Source: Octopus bimaculoides (taxonomy: Eukaryota). From it: a stretch of 33,917 bases of DNA. A program made the translations under genes and the position numbers. The stretch covers positions 110,661,831-110,695,747 of the forward strand of contig NC_068986.1 in NCBI RefSeq assembly GCF_001194135.2, given 5' to 3'. The notes below the pieces were generated by a model. It did no database searches and had not been told where the DNA came from. It worked only from the letters and a program-made list of their open reading frames with translations. Position 1 is the first letter of the stretch. Every line of letters begins with the position of its first letter. This document shows positions 24,563 through 33,917 of this stretch, piece by piece.

Positions 24563-24940
24563 GAAATTAGCAAAATGTGGAACCTGAAGACTAAAACAAT
24601 ACCTGTTGTCATAGGTGCCCTAGGAATCATAGCAAAGGGGGTTGATTGCTACATAACTCAGATATCAGGAAACCCCAAAATGGCAGAAATTCAAAAGATA
24701 GTGCGCATGGGAACTGCCCATATCCTATGTAAAATACTGTCAAAATTTAAAACAAATGTATTATTTTCTTATGTTTTCTTAAACATTCTCTAGAACAATA
24801 CATTGTGCAAAACCAAATATATGACACCCTTGGCATAACACCAACTTGAACTTCTAACTTGCTGTGTCTTGAGGTCTCTGAGTGAGATGTAGAGCTAACT
24901 TGTAGAAATACAAACCAAAAGTGAAACATAAAATAATAAT
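24563..24940 (+). mobile_element. 5'-truncated R4/Dong-clade retrotransposon (family A): RLE C-terminus, 3' UTR, AAT tail
   Basis: EISKMWNLKTKTIPVVIGALGIIAKG...IQKIVRMGTAHILCKILS, then a UTR of about 190 nt ending in AATAATAAT. Confidence 0.92.
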
Positions 24941-24974
24941 ATGGAGCAGAAGAAGAACAAAAACAAGAACAGGT

Positions 24975-25350
24975 GACAAATAGTGTTAGATCATTTATGT
25001 AGCCATGCCAAGTGACATGATCTTCGTGAGTAAAGAGGTTGAAAAAAACACCAAGTACTCCGAATTGAAAGTGGGAATGGTAAGATTGCATGGAATGTGA
25101 GAGGGAAAAGTAAATGAGATACCAGAGGTGATTAGAGCGCTGGGCTCAATGCCATTAAAACTTCAAGACTTCTTAAGGCAACTGAAAATCCCATGCAAGA
25201 TTGATGTCTTGCAAAAAGCCGCCATAATGGGCACAGCGCACATCATAAAGAAAGTATTATCTGTCTAAGGTCTTTGTTGTGACTTGGCAGATGACTAAAA
25301 ACTTCGGTGCATTTGTACCCACACTGTGTTACGAAGAAATAATAATAATA
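24975..25350 (+). mobile_element. 5'-truncated R4/Dong-clade retrotransposon (family B): RLE, 3' UTR, AAT tail
   Basis: IIYVAMP...KEVEKNTKYSELKV...IRALGSMPLKLQDFLRQLKIPCKIDVLQKAAIMGTAHIIKKVLSV* (stop 25266-25268), a 70-nt UTR, then (AAT)n. Confidence 0.92.
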
Positions 25351-25470
25351 ACAACAACAACAACAACAACAACAATAATAATAATGATAATACTGATGAT
25401 GATGATTATGAGGAGGAGAAGACGGGGGCTGATGATGATGATGATGACAAGGAGAATGAGGAGGGGATGA
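25338..25470. repeat. Compound (AAT)(AAC)(GAT)(GAG) trinucleotide region
   Basis: Directly visible; continues from the retroelement tail. Confidence 0.92.
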
Positions 25471-25510
25471 ACAATGTGTTGATGGAGGAAACGATCTCTT
25501 TAATGACCAC

Positions 25511-25640
25511 CTAGCGTTTACTAAAAGATCTTGGATGCTGCGGGACTGTGCATTGTGGAATTGCAGGAATGCGCGTAGAAAGAGAAACGGTGAATAATTC
25601 TTGGAATGAGGTAAACTGTCGATGGGCTACCCGTGGTAAT
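25511..25640 (-). CDS. Candidate terminal exon
   Basis: Textbook acceptor CCTTCTCTTTCGTTTTTTTTAG at 25641-25642; phase-2 frame LPRVAHRQFTSFQELFTVSLSTRIPAIPQCTVPQHPRSFSKR*; GC higher than flanks. Confidence 0.3.
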
Positions 25641-26291
25641 CTAAAAAAAACGAAAGAGAAGGTGCAAGCTTATATAAATAAATTCCTCACAATCTGATCT
25701 GGATGTTTGCTCTGCAGTTAGTTTGCCCGCAACTGGCACCCATTTCAAAGAAGAAATGATAATTTCTGTCTCTTCTTAACATTTATACGCCTGTATAGAA
25801 GTACAAGATATAAACTTGTTTTTTAAAGATACATCGTTTTTAAACATCGTTTCCTAACATATAAAACCCATCTAAGCGTGCATAAATGACAATAAATCTT
25901 TGCGAATACATAATTAAAAATATAATATTTTCCTACATAAAATTGGATTGTTATAAATATGAAAATTTACATTAAAAATACAAAGAAACATTAACAAATA
26001 TAATGAACGAAGACAATAAATAAGGGGAAAAAAATTACCTCATTTCACGGCCATATAATTTTTACTTGATAGCTTGAAATTATTTCTTTTGAAAAGAGCC
26101 ATAACATCTACAGTCTTTAAATGGCTACTATACTGCTGGACCATATTTATCAGTGATTTCTTTCTAATTAATCGTCCTACTTTCCACTCAGAAATCTGTA
26201 TTTTGTCTTTGTTCTTCAGAAAGGCAGAAAAATATCCATGCATACGCTCACCTACATTTTATCATACTTAAACCGAAGACATACGAATGTA

Positions 26292-26323
<32 letters not shown>

Positions 26324-26757
26324 NNNNNNNNNNNNNNNNNNNNNNNNNNNNNNNNNNNNNNNNNNNNNNNNNNNNNNNNNNNNNNNNNNNNNNNNNNNNN
26401 NNNNNNNNNNNNNNNNNNNNNNNNNNNNNNNNNNNNNNNNNNNNNNNNNNNNNNNNNNNNNNNNNNNNNNNNNNNNNNNNNNNNNNNNNNNNNNNNNNNN
26501 NNNNNNNNNNNNNNNNNNNNNNNNNNNNNNNNNNNNNNNNNNNNNNNNNNNNNNNNNNNNNNNNNNNNNNNNNNNNNNNNNNNNNNNNNNNNNNNNNNNN
26601 NNNNNNNNNNNNNNNNNNNNNNNNNNNNNNNNNNNNNNNNNNNNNNNNNNNNNNNNNNNNNNNNNNNNNNNNNNNNNNNNNNNNNNNNNNNNNNNNNNNN
26701 NNNNNNNNNNNNNNNNNNNNNNNNNNNNNNNNNNNNNNNNNNNNNNNNNNNNNNNNN
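26324..26757. other. Assembly gap (N)
   Basis: N run after (TA)n. Confidence 0.99.
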
Positions 26758-26919
26758 CGCTCTTCCGATCTAGTAAAGTGTATTTACCGAGGCAACGTGG
26801 CAGTTCAACGCAGGCTGATGTAACTACATTTTAAGCCCAGCAAAAAATCTTTTACACCTTGCTACTGAGATATGATGTGTATCTGTATTATGTGAGCAAG
26901 GGAGTCCACTGCTCTCTTT

Positions 26920-27322
26920 CTAGCCGTAGCGACACCTGTACACCAAAGGTTTCTGAGAAATATATAATATAGCTAGAGAGAAATGGCAAAGGATAGAGAG
27001 GAGTGGAGTGATATCTGCAGCGTCAGAGAGTCGTGTTCTAAGCAAGTTAAGAAAAGTATCAACGCTGATTATTGCAGTAAATGATTTAGAAATAATCAGC
27101 GTATGAGATTGTTTATATGTGAATGTTTCCATAACTTGATCCGGCATCTCTTGTTGTTGTAACAAACAGCTGCACATAGCGAATGACTTCATCGGTGGAT
27201 ACTGTACCATTCTGATGTTGGTTGGCATTTCACAAACCGCATCATATCGTCTCTCTTTATTCAGATGAATGTTGAAACTTTCCATTTTATGTTGTACTGT
27301 ATTACTAATTTCGTTGATTCTG
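26920..27322 (-). CDS. Candidate exon, 133-codon non-repetitive open frame
   Basis: Acceptor TTTCATTTCACCACAG|CAG (NAGNAG); phase-2 frame RINEISNTVQHKMESFNIHLNKERRYDAVCEMP...RCRYG*. Longest non-repeat, non-TE open frame I found. Confidence 0.3.
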
Positions 27323-27621
27323 CTGTGGTGAAATGAAATCTTTCATTTTCTTACGGAAATCGTTGACTAGTGGCATAAATGACTTAGCTTGCTAATTTCC
27401 CATAGGAGAGAGTTAGATCTTCGTTTGCTGAACAAGAACTTTTTGCTGTACAGTGAATGTATAGACACATACATACTCATTCCTTCATACATACATACAT
27501 ACATACCGAAATGCCTACATTTATGCAGACATATGGACTTATATACATATACATATATGTGTGTGTGTGTGTTACACAAGCACACGCACACACACTCACA
27601 AACACACACATATATGTGTAT

Positions 27622-27970
27622 AGGCGCTGATGTGGCTGTGTGGTAAGAATCTTCCTTCCTAAGCTCATGGTTCCGGTTTCAGTCCCACCACGTGACTTCT
27701 CGGGCAAGAGTCTTCTATATATAACCTCGACCCGACTAAAGCCTTTTGAGTGGAGTTGACAGACGGAAACAGAAAGAAGATCGTTGTATATATGTGCGTG
27801 TGTTTTTGTCTGTGTTTGTCCCGCACCATCACGAGACAACCAATGTTTATGTGGTTATGCTACCGTAACATTAGCGGTTTCTCAAAAGGGAACGATAGAA
27901 TAATTACTAGGCTTACAAAGAATAAATCTTGGGGTCGATTTGCTCGATGTTCGACTGAAAACCTTTAAGG
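27622..27970 (+). mobile_element. Near full-length tRNA-like SINE family A
   Basis: A-box-like TGGCTGTGTGG (27632) and B-box-like GGTTTCAGTCCC (27675); the body matches the reverse complement of 11874-12200. Confidence 0.88.
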
Positions 27971-28287
27971 CTTTACTCTAGGATGACCGCAGTTGAATGA
28001 TTGAAACGTGTAAAAGAATACAAGAATATATATTTATACATATAAATGTAGGTATCGGCCATTCCACAACGTAACCTCGTGGATATCGTTGGCGATTTTT
28101 TTTCTTCCTCCGTCTTCCCTTCTTTGGACTTTCCTATGTTTCCGACGAAGAGCTCCGCTCGAAACGTCAAATTCTCTTTCTTTCGTTTCCCGAGGGTCCA
28201 GTAGTAGTACAATCTGTATCACGTCCTCGCGTTGTTGTTTTTTGTCGTTTTTCTTTTTTGAACTTATATATATATATATATATATAT

Positions 28288-28634
28288 NNNNNNNNNNNNN
28301 NNNNNNNNNNNNNNNNNNNNNNNNNNNNNNNNNNNNNNNNNNNNNNNNNNNNNNNNNNNNNNNNNNNNNNNNNNNNNNNNNNNNNNNNNNNNNNNNNNNN
28401 NNNNNNNNNNNNNNNNNNNNNNNNNNNNNNNNNNNNNNNNNNNNNNNNNNNNNNNNNNNNNNNNNNNNNNNNNNNNNNNNNNNNNNNNNNNNNNNNNNNN
28501 NNNNNNNNNNNNNNNNNNNNNNNNNNNNNNNNNNNNNNNNNNNNNNNNNNNNNNNNNNNNNNNNNNNNNNNNNNNNNNNNNNNNNNNNNNNNNNNNNNNN
28601 NNNNNNNNNNNNNNNNNNNNNNNNNNNNNNNNNN
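28288..28634. other. Assembly gap (N)
   Basis: N run flanked by (TA)n. Confidence 0.99.
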
Positions 28635-28700
28635 TATATATATATGTATGTATATATGTATGTATATTTATATAAATATATATATGCCTACTCACACATA

Positions 28701-29917
28701 AGGATGCGTAAGATATTTGTGGATAGATTTATGTTTATAAAATAATAGATATATATATAATAACAGATAATAACTCTAATTATCACAAAATGCTATAAGG
28801 ATAAGCATAAACCTTCTTAAGACACCTTCAGTTTCTAAATCATCTACATCAAGTGGTCCTGGTTGATTTGCACATTACTCCGACTATGGCAGCTTTCAAA
28901 GAATCATTGGTTTTATGGGCATGTTCATTGAACTCTCTCTCAACATCGCTCCACATGTAATAGTCCAATAGATTGAGATCTGGGGAATTAGGAGGCCAAA
29001 TGTCAGGTGTTATGCAATCATAAACGTTATTAGCCATCCCTTCCTGTGTTACTTGAGCTATGTGAAATAGTGCAGAGTTTAACTGAAACACATATGGCCT
29101 TCCATTGCATACACTATCTCTTCAAGGCTTAATTATTTCCAGGACCAAAATGTAGGCAGCAGAGTTAACTCCAAGGCCTTGTGGAAAGAAGGTTGGAGGC
29201 ATCCCATGTCCTTCATTGCTGACAACCCCTAAAACCATCACAGTTGCAGGAAATATTGCATGCATAAAACCTGGAACTTCAGACGGTTCTGCACATAACT
29301 ATCTGTCATTTCTTCTATTAACATTTTGATCTTGGTCGAAGTTTTCTCCTTTGAGAAAAACCAAATCAAATCTTCTGCTAGACTTTTTCAGTTTGTTTAA
29401 GAGCATTTTAGGTCTGATATAGTGAATTTTTATTTTGCTTTTTCTGACAAATTAACCTTTCCTTCTCATATAAGACTTACATCTGATGTCTTCGTAGACA
29501 ATATTTCTGACTGGTCCGTCTGACACACAGAGACCTTTTGTAATTGACCTTATGGACTTTCTTTGTATTGTAATCAATGGTCTGTCGAACTTGGTGGATA
29601 AATTCAGGTTTTCTGATTATTTCAGAGCGTTTACAATGCTTTTAATGCTTTTTGTACTGGTGATACGTTTTCAACTTAACTCTGTAGCCCCTTAAAAACT
29701 TTGTAGACGAAAAGCCTGGCAACTTTTAAAAATCGAGATATTTCTAAGTCGTTATGATCGGCATTTATAACCACAACAATAACAGCATGCTCCTTCATTT
29801 CTTGAGTAAGCTGAGGACCGCCAGTATTAATTTCTGAAACAACGATTATACTGAATTATCAAAAAAATGCAGCAATGACCCCAAAAATGTATGTCTTCAA
29901 ATAGATTGCTCATCTTG
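28701..29917 (-). mobile_element. Decayed full-length DD37D (maT-type) transposon
   Basis: LTQEMKEHAV...DLEISRFLKVAR; EK.FDQDQNVNRRNDR; FPATVMVLGVVSNEG; FQLNSA (catalytic D changed to N), 37 residues, then WPPNSPDLNLLDYYMW. Candidate degenerate TIRs TA|AGGATGCGTAAGATATTTG versus TA|CAAGATGAGCAATCTATTTG; the left boundary is less certain. Confidence 0.9.
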
Positions 29918-30024
29918 TACACATGTATAATATGTACTTAAACTTGTGGTTGTATGTAGGATTTGTGCATTGCGTATGTGTATGTATTTGTGTATATGTG
30001 AGTGTGTATTTGGATGCAATCTTG

Positions 30025-30185
30025 TTTGAGTAGTTAGAGAGTTCTCTTCGCACACATGAAGTCCCTGGTTCGGTCTCACTGTGTAACATGAACTAAATGC
30101 TACCTTACAATATTCTTATTTTGAATCAAACTCTCTGAGTAAACTCGGATGAACAGAAACTTTTCAAACGCCCTTCGAATGGGAT
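30025..30185 (+). mobile_element. Highly decayed SINE family A head
   Basis: CACATGAAGTCCCTGGTTCGGTCTCACTG and CAAACTCTCTGAGT...AACAGAAACT loosely align with 27655-27775. Confidence 0.45.
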
Positions 30186-30374
30186 ATATCTGTAATTCTA
30201 ATGTTCGTCCCTTTTCCCTCCCACACACTGAGTATATTTGAATCTATCACGAATTAAGCTAACGTTACACGTGTCTGTGGAGTACTAAACTGCCTCGATG
30301 AAATTACAAGTGTTGAACGGAAGGCTCTTTTTGGTATTCACAAACTTTCATCAACTTCCGTTTCAAAGGAATGG

Positions 30375-30496
30375 TTATAATATAGAAGCATGCATTGTCC
30401 TAAACCCGTTTCCATCTTCTGAAGTTGATAGTGGTGTGCTTAGCGTGAGTGGTGAACCTTTCGTCCGAAATTCCATACCATAGGAAACGCCATTAG
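30375..30496 (-). CDS. Candidate terminal exon
   Basis: Acceptor TTTATACTCCATCTATCCTCAG; phase-1 frame NGVSYGMEFRTKGSPLTLSTPLSTSEDGNGFRTMHASIL*. Alternatively an 18-nt micro-exon using GTATGG. Confidence 0.27.
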
Positions 30497-30584
30497 CTGA
30501 GGATAGATGGAGTATAAAGCTATCCGATTTCCTAAATGTTATGCTGTCTTTTACGCATTTGGTACACAAGGAAGACAAGTAAAG

Positions 30585-30805
30585 AGTTTCTAATTTGGTA
30601 ATAAGACTCCTGAAATTTGAGGATTGGGAGTGGGGGAGCGGATTACATCGATTGTAACATTTGACTGGAATCTATTTTACCGACTCCAAAAGGATGAAAT
30701 GCAAAATTGAACTAAAGGGAATTTGAACTCAGATCGTTAACAAAAAAATGGGAAAATGCTGACGGGCATATTTTTCGGGTGTGCTAAGGATTGTGCCAGC
30801 CCGTA
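30585..30805 (-). mobile_element. tRNA-like SINE family B
   Basis: GATTACATCGA...TATTTTACCGACTCCAAAAGGATGAAATGCAAA...GAATTTGAACTCAGA...GTGCTAAGGATTGTGCCAGC; same orientation and motifs as 12780-13000. Confidence 0.78.
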
Positions 30806-31007
30806 CCATAGTGTAGATTGATAAAAGGAAAAAAAAAAGAGGAAAAAAGAAAGACAAGTATTCAGTGCTTCAAAGTCGAAGTTACAGATTTTCAGTGAGA
30901 TAATAGATCGAACAATATGCAAATATACGTAGAAATTGGATGATATTAAACACACCATAGTAAAGAAACGCTATTTGTCAGAGTATTTTGTTTTATGTAT
31001 ACCAATT

Positions 31008-31060
<53 letters not shown>

Positions 31061-31439
31061 CAAAGAACAAAACTTAAGACCTTTCTCACACGGTCCAACA
31101 CCAGTAATTCTTACAGGTTTCCAGAGACATTGAGACATTCAGGACCTTAAAGTTGATAGAGAGTGTAAAATAAAAACTTAAATATGAGAGACAGTGAAAA
31201 ATAATCTACGCAATCATATTTTCATTTATATTTTGTTCATTGCATTTTATATGAAAATTCAAAATGTGGTTTCTTCATCGATTTTTATTATATTTATGAC
31301 GTAACCAGTGTTTCATAGCGCACACCCTCTTTTCTTTAAAAAAAAAAACTTCTCTTTCGAAAACTACGTCTTTGTGCGGTTTAAGTTGAACGTCATTACA
31401 TTGTCATGTGTGTCGAACGCTTGTAAATAATACAAACAT

Positions 31440-31464
31440 TCTTCTTCTTCTTCTTCTTCTTCTT

Positions 31465-31495
<31 letters not shown>

Positions 31496-31628
31496 TTCTT
31501 CTTCTTCTTCTTCTTCTTCTTCTTCTTCTTCTTCTTCTTCTTCTTCTCCTTCTTCTTCTTCTTCTTCTTCTTCTTCTTCTTCTTCTTCTCCTCCCCCTCC
31601 TCCTCCTCCTCCTCCTCCTCCTCCTCCA
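31440..31628. repeat. (CTT)n(CCT)n polypyrimidine tract
   Basis: About 190 nt, almost entirely pyrimidine. Confidence 0.97.
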
Positions 31629-31696
31629 TTCCTTATTTCAAATTTCTTTTCATATTATTTCTCTATTGCCGTTGTAATTGTAACGGTAGAAATTGC

Positions 31697-31698
31697 TG

Positions 31699-31741
<43 letters not shown>

Positions 31742-31913
31742 GAACATCACCTTTATATTACCTTGGCTCCAGAGCGCATCATTACATATTGTCTTGCTCA
31801 GTTGTATATTATTTCATTCTCGGCTTCATTTCACACTTTTTACTATTGTCCTGTATTGGTCCTTATTATCATCAACATTATTATTTATATTACCGTTATT
31901 CTTGTTATTATTC

Positions 31914-31984
<71 letters not shown>

Positions 31985-32030
31985 GTCACAATAGATATTA
32001 TTATTACAATTGTCATTATTATTTTTAGTG
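31697..32030. repeat. (ATT)n tracts and degenerate ATT-rich sequence
   Basis: Pure tracts at about 31700-31740 and 31920-31982. Confidence 0.88.
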
Positions 32031-32636
32031 TTATTTCCTTCTGTAGCTCTTGTCGTGACTCCATGGAAAATTATCATTATTGTCTTGACTCTATTGCATA
32101 CATATAATTGTAACCATTCTGTCTACTCCACCCTATTATAAGAAGACATCTCTCTGTCTCTCTCCCCTTCTGCCTGTCTCTCTCTCTGACTTCCCAATAT
32201 AATCTTTCTATGTTAAACATTTTATATGTTATGAACAATTGAAATATCTTCGTTAGACTTTATCAGGAATTTAGTCGTTGTCCGTCATTTTCCTCTACTT
32301 GCGAACAACGAATTTCAAAGGACATCACAACTAACAAGCACAATTTCTGTATGATGCATTCACACACATATACATGTTCACACATATATCGAAATGCATA
32401 CATAGATATATACATATATACATAAACACACATGCACATATATAAACGTGTGTGAACGTGAATTTAGTTAAAAGTATGCACAAATATACACAGATTTAAT
32501 TATATATAAACATATATAGATATATACATGTATATATATATATACACATACATTCATGCAGGTATGTATCAATCTCTTTCTTTATCCCTCTCTCTCTCTA
32601 TCTAACTCTCCATCTAGCTGTGTGTCTATCGATCGA

Positions 32637-32637
32637 G

Positions 32638-32722
<85 letters not shown>

Positions 32723-32738
32723 GTTTTCACATGTATGT

Positions 32739-32810
<72 letters not shown>
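32637..32810. repeat. (ATCT)n followed by (AT)n
   Basis: Directly visible. Confidence 0.96.
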
Positions 32811-32812
<2 letters not shown>

Positions 32813-33754
32813 CAGTTGTAACGACAATCCCATCATGAATGTAATAAATAGAAATAAGGAAATAAACACCCATAGATTCGAAAAAATTCATTGAAACAAA
32901 ACAATTCACGGAAGAATCCTGGAATCTATCTTTCATAATTTACGTGTGAGGTTAGGAGAAGGAGTGGAGTATGAAAGCCAGTGCAGATTGTAAAGGGGGA
33001 TGAAAGGAATGTGCGGAGAGAAATAGACTGAATTTAATGAGAGAACCAATGTAGAATATTAGTGATACGTATTGGAGTGAAAGTAGAGTGAGAAAGTAAA
33101 GAAGGAGAATCAAAGACAAGGTGTGAGTGAGAGTGTGAGGAGAGAATGGTATTAAGAATGTATGAGGGAGTTACAAGAGGAAAAGAAAGTATAGAGAGAG
33201 AGTGGGGAAAGTTATCCAATAGTTAATGAAACAAGCAATTATTTTCACAATCGACAAAAAGAAATCGAGTGACACAAATGGCAAAGGAAAAAAGAAAAGG
33301 AAATAAGGAAGAAAGAAAGATGCAGAGAAGAGAAACAGTAACGGTAACAAGTGAGGAGGGGGGGTGTAGTCAGATATAAATGAGGAAACACAGGCATACA
33401 CAGAAATGCACAGGAAACGAAATAATAAAAAGAATAAAAAACACGAGGAAACAAAAACTACAAGAAATATAGAAAATCAATTACAAATGGAGGATGAAGC
33501 AGATTTTTCAAGAATTAAATTTAACAGGTATTTATGCAAAGAAATGAATTCTTATTGAAAGGTCTGCGATAAATAGTGACTTTGGACAGAGTAGACAGTC
33601 AGGACTGGAAGACTTTGAACGAATGTACAAAATACATTTGTGCAACAGAAAATTGAGAAAAGCGTTAAGATTCTGCGTTTTCGATATGAAAAATGTCCGC
33701 CGCTGCCAAATAAATCAACAAGTATAAATCTATAAATATATGTTACCCTTGCAT

Positions 33755-33787
<33 letters not shown>

Positions 33788-33837
33788 TAAACGCACACGC
33801 ACAGACACAAAGGCACGCACACACATATATGTATTCT

Positions 33838-33917
33838 TTCATTTGTTTCAGTCATTTGACTGTGGCCATGCTGGAGCACCGACTTAAGAACTTATTCTCT
33901 GTAAGCCTAGTACTTAT
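33838..33917 (-). mobile_element. SINE family A 3' end, cut by the window edge
   Basis: TTGTTTCAGTCATTTGACTGTGGCCATGCTGGAGCACC...TGTAAGCCTAGTACTTAT matches 11881-11966. Confidence 0.88.

Noticed and set aside
32940-33520. Purine-rich plus-strand stretch and hydrophobic minus-strand ORFs
   Set aside because: GA-rich low-complexity sequence; the ORFs reflect composition.
42-33842. Dozens of ORFs rich in YI/CV/HT, poly-Y, poly-N, poly-L, poly-I or X
   Set aside because: They are translations of microsatellites or run through N gaps; not evidence of coding.
1-33917. CRISPR arrays, rRNA and true tRNA genes
   Set aside because: No repeat-spacer arrays or rRNA-like sequence. The tRNA-like motifs are SINE heads without a full cloverleaf.

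Overview
AT-rich eukaryotic non-coding DNA from a draft assembly. It has eight N gaps, each touching a microsatellite on at least one side. It most likely comes from an octopus: this is inferred from recalled octopus SINE and LINE families and the extreme microsatellite load, not from a search. No intact recognisable gene, RNA gene or CRISPR array is present, and most ORFs in the supplied track are microsatellite or N-gap artefacts. Well-supported content: (1) five fragments of R4/Dong-clade RLE non-LTR retrotransposons from three families, tied to (AAT)n tracts; (2) three decayed DD37D (maT-type) Tc1/mariner transposons, two apparently full length with degenerate TIRs; (3) two mariner fragments; (4) two Penelope-like fragments (RT and GIY-YIG C-terminus); (5) copies of two tRNA-like SINE families; (6) many simple repeats. 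The unique islands between repeats contain several strong minus-strand splice acceptors followed by short protein-like frames that end in stops. These could be exons or alternative last exons of an unidentified host gene, but this is a weak hypothesis because similar acceptors also occur on the plus strand. I do not see convincing evidence for a new biological system. The best leads are the multi-family (AAT)n-associated Dong elements and the candidate minus-strand exon set.
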